In this document: piece by piece, positions 1-9,950 of the stretch | Layout of the letters: every line of letters starts with the position of its first letter | How positions within the stretch are numbered: position 1 is the first letter of the stretch | Virus record (IMG/VR): IMGVR_UViG_3300032320_002229 | Span: 29,467-93,466 of that record | DNA: 64,000 bases | DNA from: a virus | Taxonomy: Duplodnaviria; Caudoviricetes | Reading direction: 5' to 3' (one strand) | Program-made: the position numbers and the translations under genes | Notes under the pieces: model-generated | Database searches by the model: none | What the model saw: the letters and a program-made list of their open reading frames with translations, nothing else | What the model was told of the DNA's origin: nothing

Positions 1-564
1 GATATTATATTGTGTAGTCTGAGAAGACACAATCTGTTTGATGGCATTGTAGAAATAACTAATGGGCAAAATTCTTCCTGGTATTCCAATAGCGTCTCCT
101 CTTCTGATATGTACAATCAAATTATTGTTTGTGTTATATGGGTTTTTATTATGATAAATTGGTCGTAAAGCATTTTTATGTTTTTTGTAGAATTTTAGTA
201 GTAATGGTTTATTATCTACATTTTTAAGTAATTCGTTAAAAATATTAGAATCTTCTACTAGATTTAGATCTAGATTGTATATGGTCTGTGTTTCAGTAAG
301 AGAAGATATGTCTTCAGATTTATTTATTTTTTTATTTATTGCTTCTGGTTTTTGTTGAAAGCAATATTTTTGTTGAGCATAGTCTAATTCGTATAGAGAA
401 GAGAAGGATAGCACGTCCTCAAACTGTGCAGAAGCTCCTGCGAAAGGAGTATATACCAGTTGAAGATCGTAAAGTTCGCATATTACTAAAGCAGAAAAAT
501 AGTTATTTACTTGGTGGCCTATTCCTGCTCCTCTATTATGATTAATACAAAAATAGTTTTTCAT
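1..564 (-). CDS. GT11/O-fucosyltransferase-like glycosyltransferase (runs off the window start; missing from ORF track)
   Basis: Hand translation from ATG at 564 (ATGA overlap with the upstream gene): MKNYFCINHNRGAGIGHQVNNY... with in-frame LIVHIRRGDA at 120-91. GxGHQ and HxRRGD are GT11-type motifs. Confidence 0.7.
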   Translation of the reverse strand, partial: MKNYFCINHNRGAGIGHQVNNYFSALVICELYDLQLVYTPFAGASAQFEDVLSFSSLYELDYAQQKYCFQQKPEAINKKINKSEDISSLTETQTIYNLDLNLVEDSNIFNELLKNVDNKPLLLKFYKKHKNALRPIYHNKNPYNTNNNLIVHIRRGDAIGIPGRILPISYFYNAIKQIVSSQTTQYNI

Positions 565-1322
565 TTTGGGCCCTTATAATCAATCAAATTATAATTAAAT
601 GCGTCAAGTTTGTCTTGAGCTCGTTTCATATCCTTCCACCCAGTCCAATCAGGGCTTTCATAACAACGAACCCATTTTTCCATTCTTACTTTTCCTTCTT
701 CGCTCCACCTAAAGTGATGGGTCTTTCCAGAATCATTTATTTTTATGCCAAACTCGTCAATAAGCTTTTTATCTATGTAATGATGGCCACAACCAACAAA
801 TTTATAGTATTCTTTTTTAATTAAGCTAATCTTTGGCATTACAAATAAATTTTCATTATGTCTTGGAAATTGCTCGAAAATACTCTGTGTTGATAGTATC
901 TCTTTAGAAGACGATCCGTCTTCAGGTATTCTTTCTAAAGTATATCCAGATAAAACATCAAATAAATTTTTTTCTAAATAATCTATACTTAATAAAACAT
1001 TATTCTCTTTGTACTCATGAAATTCATCTGTGTCAGCCGGTATTACATAATCTATATCCTGTTTAGTTTCTAATAGTTCTTTTGTTCTTTTGACACCAAT
1101 TCCGTCGTCTAATACATGAGGCCCAATGTTGTATATGATTTCTGGATATTTCTTTGTTGTCTTATCTACAAACTCTTTGAAATTTTCCTCATCTTCTGAG
1201 AACCTATAGCTAAAGTTAGCAATAAATAAATTAGCTCCGACTTTTTTATAATAGTCAATAAAGTGATCTATTAGATAGTCATCATCTTGACAACAACGAA
1301 ATATAACAGCAACTCTTTTCAC
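561..1322 (-). CDS. Glycosyltransferase family 2-like protein
   Basis: N-terminal 'FIDYYKKVG', DxD motif (ADTDEF), GCGHH; lies in glycan cluster. Confidence 0.65.
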   Translation of the reverse strand: MKRVAVIFRCCQDDDYLIDHFIDYYKKVGANLFIANFSYRFSEDEENFKEFVDKTTKKYPEIIYNIGPHVLDDGIGVKRTKELLETKQDIDYVIPADTDEFHEYKENNVLLSIDYLEKNLFDVLSGYTLERIPEDGSSSKEILSTQSIFEQFPRHNENLFVMPKISLIKKEYYKFVGCGHHYIDKKLIDEFGIKINDSGKTHHFRWSEEGKVRMEKWVRCYESPDWTGWKDMKRAQDKLDAFNYNLIDYKGPK

Positions 1323-1855
1323 GTATACCTCCAGCAGATATGATCGTCATAAAAAATTTCTCTATTTATTTCTTTTGCATATTCTTCTACTGCTTTTTTA
1401 ACATCACTTACCTGAGTATCATGTCCTGCGATAGTACCACCTTCTTTCAGTTTGGGATACCAATGTCGTATGTCCTCTAAAACGCTTTCGTAGTCGTGTG
1501 ATGCGTCTATAAAAATAAAATCGATACTCTTGTCCTCAAAGTCTTTAGAGGCTTGAGTCGATAATTTTCTTATGATTTTGACCGAATATAAAACATCTTT
1601 CATATTAGATATAAATTCATCATATACATCAATATTTTTCAGACCCCCACTTATGTCTCCTTGCCAAGAGTCTACACAATAAAAATTAATTTTTTTCTTG
1701 CTATTTATTATTTCTACTGCCATAAATGCAGCAGATCTTCCTTTCCAAGACCCAACTTCTACGAAAACAGCCCCGTCTTTCGCATTATATACAGCATCTC
1801 TATAGAGATCCCCGAAACTAAACCATCCTTCGATTTTGTTAAAAAAATGTTCCAT
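1319..1855 (-). CDS. Class I SAM-dependent methyltransferase (Methyltransf_24-like)
   Basis: VEVGSWKGRS, FIFIDASHDYESV, GGTIAGHD motifs. Confidence 0.85.
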   Translation of the reverse strand: MEHFFNKIEGWFSFGDLYRDAVYNAKDGAVFVEVGSWKGRSAAFMAVEIINSKKKINFYCVDSWQGDISGGLKNIDVYDEFISNMKDVLYSVKIIRKLSTQASKDFEDKSIDFIFIDASHDYESVLEDIRHWYPKLKEGGTIAGHDTQVSDVKKAVEEYAKEINREIFYDDHICWRYT

Positions 1856-1859
1856 TATA

Positions 1860-2075
1860 TTATATATCTTTATTTATTATCATTTCTTCTGAAAATGTAG
1901 AGATAACGATAGTATGAATATCTTTTGTAAGATTCAAATCAGATAATGTATACCAAATATAGTCTACAGAATTTTCATATGGAATCTCGAAAGGTATTAG
2001 CGCCACTTCTATGTCCCAAGAATTGTCTTTTTTGATACGGTAATATTCTACTTTTCTAAGTTCTGATGTTGACAT
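1860..2075 (-). CDS. Hypothetical protein
   Basis: Fills the gap in a tightly packed minus-strand operon. Confidence 0.5.
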   Translation of the reverse strand: MSTSELRKVEYYRIKKDNSWDIEVALIPFEIPYENSVDYIWYTLSDLNLTKDIHTIVISTFSEEMIINKDI

Positions 2076-2087
2076 ATTAAAATAATC

Positions 2088-3089
2088 CTATTTGTATTCT
2101 ATTTTTGATATGGTTCCTATAAAATATAGAAAACCACAGGGTTTTATGACTTTAGTTACCGTCCAGTCAGCTTGTTCTTTGGCAGATGACCTATCGAAAT
2201 CTTCTTGAGATACTCTTATGAGAAGTTTACTTTTGAACTCTTTTCTTATTTTTAAAACTTCTCTTTCATAATAACACCAACAATCCCACAGGTCTTGAAT
2301 TGATTTTTCAGTATCATCGACAATTAATTCAATCTTTCCAGAATATGGTCCAACGTTTTGATAAAGTCCCATGACTTCTGCACTACCAATGATACATATT
2401 TCTTCATAAATAGTTTCAGAATCTATGGGTATTTTTTGAATATTGCTATATTTAGTTTTGGAAATGTCTGAAAAGTTGAGTTTGTTAAATGGAAGTATTT
2501 TTTCTAAAAATGTTTGGTATATAAATTCACCATAAATTTTACTGCCAAATTCTAAAGTATGAACAGTATCTCTATATAAATTTTTTGTCGGTAAGTCTTT
2601 AACTCGTTCTCTAAGATCAATATATGGAATATTGTATTTTTCAGCGTAGGTTATTGCTTGATTATACATATCTATTCTTTTGCTTGTCATATGTTCTTCA
2701 GATCCTGACAAAAACAAAAAAATAATTTGACAATTGTTATTGATAAACTTATCTCTAAATGTATCTAAATATACTATAAGCTCTGATTCTGAAGGAATGT
2801 AACCTGTGCTAAACCAATCAATGAAACAATAATTAGGATTTCCGGATAAAACATCGTCTATAAAACACATACCAGCGTCTCTTATATGAAGAGAACCATA
2901 TGCGTATTTAGTAATCTCAAATTTTTGAATAACGTCTAATGCCTGAAAAATATCAACATATCCTCCTTTCTGTCTAGTTACTGATGCTCCAAAAAACGCT
3001 AATCTAATAGGCGCTTCTATTATTTGATCAAAAATATCCGCAGGTCCATCAACTGAAGACCCCAAATACTTTTCTTCCATTTTATCCAT
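2088..3089 (-). CDS. SGNH/GDSL hydrolase-family protein
   Basis: Block I FFGASVT and block V DTVH, plus a beta-rich C-terminal domain. Confidence 0.7.
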   Translation of the reverse strand: MDKMEEKYLGSSVDGPADIFDQIIEAPIRLAFFGASVTRQKGGYVDIFQALDVIQKFEITKYAYGSLHIRDAGMCFIDDVLSGNPNYCFIDWFSTGYIPSESELIVYLDTFRDKFINNNCQIIFLFLSGSEEHMTSKRIDMYNQAITYAEKYNIPYIDLRERVKDLPTKNLYRDTVHTLEFGSKIYGEFIYQTFLEKILPFNKLNFSDISKTKYSNIQKIPIDSETIYEEICIIGSAEVMGLYQNVGPYSGKIELIVDDTEKSIQDLWDCWCYYEREVLKIRKEFKSKLLIRVSQEDFDRSSAKEQADWTVTKVIKPCGFLYFIGTISKIEYK

Positions 3090-3102
3090 AAAGACTCCTT
3101 AA

Positions 3103-4548
3103 TTATCTTATGTGTGATAAGTATTCTAGAATTTGTTGATATTTTTTTTCTTTTATCCAACGACTATGTTCTGGTGTGGGTTGTTTTAACCATTCAAAAA
3201 CCATGAGAGAAGCATCTTCTAAAGATTTTTGATAAACTTCGGGAGCCCAACTATATTTGGCTTGTGTAGTACGATTACAAATAAAATAATTTTTATGCTT
3301 ACTTATGATTTTGAAATTTTGCAATTCAAATGAGTTGTTCCAAAGTTCGCTATTCAAACAGCATTGTTTGTGTAATTCTGTTAATAAATACGGATGAAAT
3401 TTAGTAGTAGAATGGTTTACTCTTGTATTATTGTCGTGAGGGACATGATATATAGTATTGAGATTAAATAATTTTTTGTGTAGTCCGAGCAATAGTAGTC
3501 TTGAGGTAAAATCAGAGTCATCCCAGCCATAGTCTATAATAATTTCATTATATCCATTAATACTAAAATAATCATTTATATCTAAGTATATAATTCCATG
3601 AGTAAATTTTTCATTATCATCTCTTGCACATAAGTAGTCGCTAACGTAAAACTCTCCTGATTTTATAACATGTTTATCTAAAAATTTTTGATCTGTTATG
3701 TTGATATCTGTATCAAGTTTTAATATCTTGTTGTATCTGCAAAATTTAGCTCCTAGATTTTGAGCGTATGACCTTATGTAGTTAGTCTCGTTTTCTACTC
3801 TAACATATCTAATTTTATCATTATTGAATTTCTCTAGTATGGAAAGAAGAGATTCGTCCGAACACCAATCTACTATTATAAGTTCATCAATACCAGAAGA
3901 CAGCCAACTTCCAATATTTTTAATTAGATGTGATGTTCTATTTTTTATACATACTAGTGCTGTTGTTCCTTCTAGTATTTTTTCATTACAGATATTATTT
4001 TGTCTTTTAGGATTATTTATTTTGTATTTTTGTTTAGTTAAGTTTAAAGAATTTATATGTTGATAATCAATATAAGGATTATATATTAATTTTTTATCAT
4101 ATTCGTTATGAGTATTAAGTATATTATATCTAGGATATTCTTGTTTGTATAATATAATTTTAAAAGGTTCTATTATTTTGTTTTCAGTGTTTAGTAAACA
4201 GATTTTTATTTTACGACAATTTATATTACATTTAAAAATAGCTATATCTTTACTATATTTGAAATTAGTATTCAAAAAAACATTTTTTTCGTGAACCCAT
4301 GTGTCTCTATCTGGCAACAGATAAGAAATATTAAGTTTTGTGTGTCTTGAATTTTTTGTAATAATTTTAATTTGTTGTATACTGTATGAATTTTCAAAGT
4401 GAAAAGTAATTGGACTCATTTCTTCGATATTGTCAGGAGCCCAAAACCCTTCATATGTAGAGTCTAGAGAATCTATTCTATTATGATTTGCAGAACATGT
4501 AATCTGACTTGGGTTAAGGAGGATTTTTTGTAACATAACTAAGCTCAC
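3103..4548 (-). CDS. GT2/galactosyltransferase-like (GT7 C-terminal) enzyme with an N-terminal discoidin-like domain
   Basis: IIVDWCS, KLDTD (DxD), INGYNE...YGWDDSDF motifs. Confidence 0.7.
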   Translation of the reverse strand: MSLVMLQKILLNPSQITCSANHNRIDSLDSTYEGFWAPDNIEEMSPITFHFENSYSIQQIKIITKNSRHTKLNISYLLPDRDTWVHEKNVFLNTNFKYSKDIAIFKCNINCRKIKICLLNTENKIIEPFKIILYKQEYPRYNILNTHNEYDKKLIYNPYIDYQHINSLNLTKQKYKINNPKRQNNICNEKILEGTTALVCIKNRTSHLIKNIGSWLSSGIDELIIVDWCSDESLLSILEKFNNDKIRYVRVENETNYIRSYAQNLGAKFCRYNKILKLDTDINITDQKFLDKHVIKSGEFYVSDYLCARDDNEKFTHGIIYLDINDYFSINGYNEIIIDYGWDDSDFTSRLLLLGLHKKLFNLNTIYHVPHDNNTRVNHSTTKFHPYLLTELHKQCCLNSELWNNSFELQNFKIISKHKNYFICNRTTQAKYSWAPEVYQKSLEDASLMVFEWLKQPTPEHSRWIKEKKYQQILEYLSHIR

Positions 4549-5498
4549 TTAAAAAGCATATTAAAGTTTGGAGTTTCGCAATTTCTCATTTTGTGGAAAA
4601 AATTATCAGCAAAATACTTTTCAGCATCAATACTGATTTCATATCTTGTAAAAATAGCTTCTAAAGTATCTATGAATTTTGCTCTATATTTTTTTGCTAA
4701 GTCTATATGATCTTGTCTAATTTTGTTTGGGTCTTTTGGATTGTTCACAGAGTATTCGACTGCCAAGGATATTTGTTGTGGATTATCTTCACATATAATT
4801 GAATTATATTCGTTATACCAGACATCTCTTCCTCCATAAGAATGAGTAGAAACTACTGGTATCCCACATAATAGATATTCGCTAGAACTAAAACATGCTC
4901 CTTCTTTATAAGATAAGATTAAACCAGACCGTGCCTGATTAATTAATTTTGGCATATCTTGATAAGGAATTGGTTCTGTCGGGCAAAAAATACTATCAGG
5001 CATTTTATAGTCTACGTCATGGTAGTGGTTCGATCCAGAAGTTATCAGTGCTAAATTTTTAACATTATTAGCCAGATAATGTCTTTTAAATTTAGATTTT
5101 CTAGATATTAATATAGCATCGTATAATTTCTCTACAGGATTTACGGAAAAAAGATTTTCGTCTAGCCAGCAATTATGGTTAATAATTTCTCCAACGAAAC
5201 CATATTTGTATAAAATAGATTGTTCTAAAGCAGAGTTAAAAAGAAAAAAGAAATTGTTTTTGTTCAGTTTTAAATTTTCGAATATGTCGTTGTACACCTT
5301 GGCAAACCAATCATCATGAAACCATCCACAATACACAAAGAAAAAATCGGTATCTTTAATTTTGTTTTTATATTCGTTTAACCAATTATAGTTATGCATT
5401 ATGTTTTCAATAATGTAAACATTTAATTTTTCACTTTTATAATAATGTCGAAATGGTATGTCTGGACTAGGCCAAACATATGGTGATTTATATATCAT
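4545..5498 (-). CDS. GT-B (GT4-like) glycosyltransferase
   Basis: EGACFSSSEYLLCGIPVVST (EX7E) motif. Confidence 0.75.
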   Translation of the reverse strand: MIYKSPYVWPSPDIPFRHYYKSEKLNVYIIENIMHNYNWLNEYKNKIKDTDFFFVYCGWFHDDWFAKVYNDIFENLKLNKNNFFFLFNSALEQSILYKYGFVGEIINHNCWLDENLFSVNPVEKLYDAILISRKSKFKRHYLANNVKNLALITSGSNHYHDVDYKMPDSIFCPTEPIPYQDMPKLINQARSGLILSYKEGACFSSSEYLLCGIPVVSTHSYGGRDVWYNEYNSIICEDNPQQISLAVEYSVNNPKDPNKIRQDHIDLAKKYRAKFIDTLEAIFTRYEISIDAEKYFADNFFHKMRNCETPNFNMLFK

Positions 5499-5514
5499 GT
5501 ATTGGATCCTTTTT

Positions 5515-7305
5515 TTAATAAAAACAGATAAGTTCGTTAAAAGCTTTGTATGCGTTCAATGCATTCATTTGCATATTCTTTATTTGTTCCGGAGTAATAG
5601 AAAGCAAAATATCTAGTGTTTTTGAGTATTCATTCATAGGTATTCGTATAGAAAAACTTTCCCATTCGTATTTATTTAACTTTGGTGGTTCCCAGGTGTC
5701 TGAGTATATTACGGGTATTACTCCTACTGACAGACTCTCCCACACCCTGAGAGTATTGGGGCCAGCACCTTCTGGACAGAGAGAAAAGATAGAATTACTA
5801 AGTATTTCATTATATCTCTTTTGTTGAGACTCTAAGATCTGATTATCTTGATAAGTCCAGGGCATATTTTTTGTTTGGTAATCAAAAACATATTTTTGAT
5901 AAAACCACTTGTCTGTTAGTTCGTATATAAATGGATACTTTTCAGATTTTAGATTTTCACAATAATCTTTAAGTTGGTATCTAATTTGAGATTTGTGAGC
6001 TATTGTCACCGATCCAATGAATGAAAACAAATATTTTTTATCATATAAGTTATATTGCATATTACTATGTTTAAAATTACTAGCAGTTAATTTCCAAGGA
6101 TGTATTCGTATATTTTCTATATTAGACGTTTCTTTTTTATAATGAGAAACATAAAGATCCGTTATTCTTAATTTTTTGCAGATAGGGATTATTCTATCCC
6201 AGTGGATGTGCTGACACACTGTGTGTATATTTTTATCTTCTATTTTTTGTATGTTTAATTCTGCTTTTGTTAGAGTATCAAATACATCTTCTGTGTCTTT
6301 ACCATATACCGTAGCATTATCTATCAATGAAGCCCATGGAAATCCTATATAGATATTAGAAGGATCTTGGGAATTCATGTATAGGTGTTTAATATAAGCA
6401 TCTTTTTCTGTTGTAGCAGGATGTTGCCACTTCATGTCTTTTGTTAAGAGGATTACGTTTTCTTGCTCAAAGTTCAAACTATAACTAGGTCTTCTCTTTG
6501 ATTCTCGGTAGTCAATATGTACGCAAAAAATATCTGGATACAAATTAACAAAATCTATATTACTATAAACTAAATTATTTTTAAGTATTCTGTCACAATT
6601 TTCATAGCCTAGAAATAAGTTAGTATTAATTTTATTGATATTTTTAAGATTATCTTTAAAAATCCAACAATCTTGTGAATATATGTGATTTATTTCTATA
6701 GAGTTTTCTTTATAAAGTTCTTTGCTATTAACAATATCTCCGTCTTTGGTTTGATCTTTTCTCGTCAAAGCATACATTTTTGTGTCATCAAATTTACAAG
6801 ATTTTAATATCTTAATAGAATCTAATAAATATATGTCAGAGTTAGTTAAAATTTTAATATATTCTGGATAGTGTTTGGAAGAATAGTCTATCCAATATTT
6901 ATATGTTAGTCTTTCTTCTATTGGAGATGTTGAAACTTTTTCCCAGTGAGCTGGTTTAGATTTTAAATTATCTTCACTATTTTTTTCATAGAAGATATGT
7001 ATTTTATCGATATGTTCATTATCTATGTTTTTTAGTATACATTTAAATCTGTCCCATTCTGTAGACTCGTCAAGATACCACTGTAAAAATACTATTATTT
7101 TATTATCTTCTGGTGCATCTAGTATGTGATGAGAGAGTGGATACATTTTACTTTGAGAGTAATATTCTCTTTGTTCATATTTACCATGAGACAAATAATG
7201 TAATACAGCTTGGTTTTCGTTCACTATTCCTGCATTGAGAAGATCTGGATGAATACTAAGATAATATTTCCAGTCAAAATTTTTAGGTAGATTTTTATTA
7301 TACAT
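5515..7305 (-). CDS. Multidomain glycosyltransferase with C-terminal exostosin (GT47) domain
   Basis: N-terminal FDWKYYLSIHPDL...HY..HG..EQR module, NSDI central domain, C-terminal SIFSLCPEGAGPNTLRVWESLSVGVIPV. Confidence 0.75.
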   Translation of the reverse strand: MYNKNLPKNFDWKYYLSIHPDLLNAGIVNENQAVLHYLSHGKYEQREYYSQSKMYPLSHHILDAPEDNKIIVFLQWYLDESTEWDRFKCILKNIDNEHIDKIHIFYEKNSEDNLKSKPAHWEKVSTSPIEERLTYKYWIDYSSKHYPEYIKILTNSDIYLLDSIKILKSCKFDDTKMYALTRKDQTKDGDIVNSKELYKENSIEINHIYSQDCWIFKDNLKNINKINTNLFLGYENCDRILKNNLVYSNIDFVNLYPDIFCVHIDYRESKRRPSYSLNFEQENVILLTKDMKWQHPATTEKDAYIKHLYMNSQDPSNIYIGFPWASLIDNATVYGKDTEDVFDTLTKAELNIQKIEDKNIHTVCQHIHWDRIIPICKKLRITDLYVSHYKKETSNIENIRIHPWKLTASNFKHSNMQYNLYDKKYLFSFIGSVTIAHKSQIRYQLKDYCENLKSEKYPFIYELTDKWFYQKYVFDYQTKNMPWTYQDNQILESQQKRYNEILSNSIFSLCPEGAGPNTLRVWESLSVGVIPVIYSDTWEPPKLNKYEWESFSIRIPMNEYSKTLDILLSITPEQIKNMQMNALNAYKAFNELICFY

Positions 7306-7309
7306 TATT

Positions 7310-7870
7310 CTATTTATTGAATACCATTATTGTATTTTTAAACCACCACAATTGTGATGATTCTCTTAGTCTTTTTGATAGATCTTTATCGTATAAGAGT
7401 CCTTGTTCTTTAATAAGAGATATTATATGCTCATTTGATCTAAGGTTTACATGACCATTTCCAACTTGTCCTGGTATTGCCCAACTTAGTATTAATAATT
7501 GACCAATATGTTTAGTAATATTTTGAATAAATATGTTTTCGTATTCTTTAGGAATATGTTCGCCAACTTCAAGACTTATAACACAATCATATTTTGTGTT
7601 GAGGTTAAACTCGTTTGATAGGTCTAGGCTTTTACACAGACCTTGAGTCAGCTGTATCGTTTCTGGATTACCATCAAAACATTCGCACTTGATATGATTA
7701 TCATTCAAAAATTTTGCATACAGGCCCATTCCGCAGCCAAAGTCTACGCAGTCTTTAATAGATTTTTCTTTGAGTATAGAAAGTATTTCTTTAGATAATT
7801 TTTTGTCGAAGTAGTGTTTATCTTCAACAACCCCACTCCATGCTCCGTTATCCTGTATAGAAAATTGCAT
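7310..7870 (-). CDS. SAM-dependent methyltransferase
   Basis: VDFGCGMG, SLEVGEHIP, GQVGNGHVN motifs. Confidence 0.85.
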   Translation of the reverse strand: MQFSIQDNGAWSGVVEDKHYFDKKLSKEILSILKEKSIKDCVDFGCGMGLYAKFLNDNHIKCECFDGNPETIQLTQGLCKSLDLSNEFNLNTKYDCVISLEVGEHIPKEYENIFIQNITKHIGQLLILSWAIPGQVGNGHVNLRSNEHIISLIKEQGLLYDKDLSKRLRESSQLWWFKNTIMVFNK

Positions 7871-7871
7871 A

Positions 7872-8513
7872 TTAATATTTTTCTCTAGCTAGTTTCTTGT
7901 TTTTTTCCAGGCTCTCAAATTTATTTTTTATCTCATAGTTAGCAACCCTAAGATCATCTCCATGAGGATTATGATATATGAAAAAAGGAATTTTTGACAT
8001 TATTTTTTTTGTTTTCAATTTTGACATCCTAAAGTATAAATCATTATCGTCTCCACCCCATCCCGTTAATTTTTCATTATATCCATTTACAGAATCAAAT
8101 AATTTTTTAGACATAAAAACTATACCCCAATGTTCTGGAGTAACATTTTCACAACAATAAAAACTATCGTCAAGATCCTTAGTCATATTCTCAAACATGA
8201 GAGGAAGATTATCATTTACTAGTATATGATCTATGTCTAGTTTAAGAATATAGTTATTTTTACAATTATTAATTGCTATATTATAAGCAGCTGGTTGATT
8301 GAAATATTTTTCATTATCTACTCTAATAACTTTAATATTGTTTTTTGAAGAGAGAAGATTTTTGATTTCTTCATTTTCTATGATAGGAGGAGAGGACGAC
8401 CAATCAACAAGAATTATGTCGTCAAATATATCATGACGACACCATGAAGAAAGACAGTCATAAACTCTGTCTGTTCTATTCATTACTGTTAAAGCAATAG
8501 ATATTCTATTCAT
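7872..8513 (-). CDS. GT2/GT7-like glycosyltransferase
   Basis: ILVDWSS, KLDID, VNGYNE..TGWGGDDNDL. Confidence 0.8.
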   Translation of the reverse strand: MNRISIALTVMNRTDRVYDCLSSWCRHDIFDDIILVDWSSSPPIIENEEIKNLLSSKNNIKVIRVDNEKYFNQPAAYNIAINNCKNNYILKLDIDHILVNDNLPLMFENMTKDLDDSFYCCENVTPEHWGIVFMSKKLFDSVNGYNEKLTGWGGDDNDLYFRMSKLKTKKIMSKIPFFIYHNPHGDDLRVANYEIKNKFESLEKNKKLAREKY

Positions 8514-9067
8514 GATTTTATCAAATACCAGCTAGAGTCTGAGAAAGTATGTAGATTTATTTTTCGTTTAGCTATGAATTCATCAATTGCTAATTTTGTT
8601 CCTGGATGTACGTCTGAATAGTCGTGTCCAGACAGTATTCCTCCATTAATTATCTTAGGATACCATGTCTCTATATCAAATTTTACATATTCATAATCAT
8701 GATTACCATCAATATATACCATGTCAATAGAATTGTTTAAAAATTTTTTAGAAGCTTGTTCAGAAGATTCTTTTAGTTTAAGACATTTTTTATCTTCTAT
8801 AAATGGTTGTAGTCTACTGTCAAAAGTTTTTTCATATATTGGATCTTGATTCCATGGGTCTACGCAATACATTTTTTCAATTAACTCATATGCCAAGAAT
8901 ATAGTTGTTGATTCTCCAAGGTGAGATCCTATTTCTACTAATGTTGAAATTTTAGATCTCTCTTTTGAAATACTATTCATCATTCCAATTAGACCCATAA
9001 CTTGATAACAATCTAGTGGGTTCCACCATGGAAAAAATCTAACAGACATATATTGATTAATGTTCAT
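8510..9067 (-). CDS. Class I SAM-dependent methyltransferase (Methyltransf_24-like)
   Basis: VEIGSHLGES, VYIDGNHDY, GGILSGHDY. Confidence 0.85.
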   Translation of the reverse strand: MNINQYMSVRFFPWWNPLDCYQVMGLIGMMNSISKERSKISTLVEIGSHLGESTTIFLAYELIEKMYCVDPWNQDPIYEKTFDSRLQPFIEDKKCLKLKESSEQASKKFLNNSIDMVYIDGNHDYEYVKFDIETWYPKIINGGILSGHDYSDVHPGTKLAIDEFIAKRKINLHTFSDSSWYLIKS

Positions 9068-9314
9068 ACTTTTCCCATTTCTTAAGGGGACATTCCTGAT
9101 CTGCCCAGGCTAGTTTATTCATAAACTCTTTCTTCTGAGACAGATTACATCCACAGATAGAACACTGATTGTTTTCTCTATCAAACTGATCACAAGAGAT
9201 ACAGATGCTCCACCTTCGATCTATTTCCTTTTGTGGAGACTTTGGAAATCCAGACCAAATATGAAACCATAGAGATTTAAGAAAGGTTTTTATTTTGAGT
9301 AGCTGAGTGTACAT
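9057..9314 (-). CDS. Small Cys-rich (Zn-binding) phage protein
   Basis: RWSICISC...QCSICGC...ECPLKKW pattern. Confidence 0.6.
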   Translation of the reverse strand: MYTQLLKIKTFLKSLWFHIWSGFPKSPQKEIDRRWSICISCDQFDRENNQCSICGCNLSQKKEFMNKLAWADQECPLKKWEKYEH

Positions 9315-9534
9315 TAGTAATATTTTTTATGGGATAGAAATTATTTTCTTTATCAATAGAGTAAAGACTAGATTCATTAACAACAGTATTGCCTTTGAGC
9401 CAATTTAAAAATCCTGTATTTAGATCTACACAACACCTATCTCCATTTTTCTTAAAATCACACGTAACAATATATGATCTGTCTAGATAGATAAAGCAAT
9501 CAGCGTTTGAGAGTTCTTCTATGTATTTTTCCAT
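9277..9534 (-). CDS. Hypothetical protein
   Basis: Operon packing with both neighbours. Confidence 0.5.
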   Translation of the reverse strand: MEKYIEELSNADCFIYLDRSYIVTCDFKKNGDRCCVDLNTGFLNWLKGNTVVNESSLYSIDKENNFYPIKNITNVHSATQNKNLS

Positions 9535-9536
9535 GC

Positions 9537-9749
9537 TTATTTATACTTATCTAGTTCTTCTTCCCAGTCTTCCCAAAGTTCTTCTTGAACCATATCTGTT
9601 TTTTTAGATCTAAATTCATTCTTTATCTTATTTCTAATTCTTAGATCTTCTGAGCTTTCTTTTTGGACTGGTCCTGATTTCTTTTTGTTGAAATTCTGTC
9701 TACGAATAGACTTACGATCTTCGTCGTCTCTGTTTCTTGGTTCGGACAT
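9537..9749 (-). CDS. Hypothetical charged protein (start moved to MSEPR)
   Basis: AGGAG upstream of the ATG at 9749; the longer ORF runs through the promoter region. Confidence 0.5.
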   Translation of the reverse strand: MSEPRNRDDEDRKSIRRQNFNKKKSGPVQKESSEDLRIRNKIKNEFRSKKTDMVQEELWEDWEEELDKYK

Positions 9750-9796
9750 GACTACAAACAAGGCTCCTGAAATCAAATTGTTAGCGATACACAAAT

Positions 9797-9892
9797 ATAA
9801 TACACAGATCGAGCTGTCTGTCAATATACTTAAGTGGATCAACTCTAAAAATTTAACGTCTTGACAGAGGTAAAAATTCTCTTATGTATTAT
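9797..9892. promoter_or_regulatory. Divergent promoter region between the two glycan operons
   Basis: Minus strand TTGACA-N16(contains CGAT)-TATTAT; plus strand TTGACA at 9861 followed by an AT-rich -10-like segment. Confidence 0.5.
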
Positions 9893-9950
9893 GCAGGTCG
9901 AAATGAATAACTCTTAGATACTAATAACACCAACTCTAATACATATCTCT

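Noticed and set aside
339-545. 68-aa plus-strand ORF
   Set aside because: Antisense to the minus-strand GT11-like gene (1-564), which has clear motifs.
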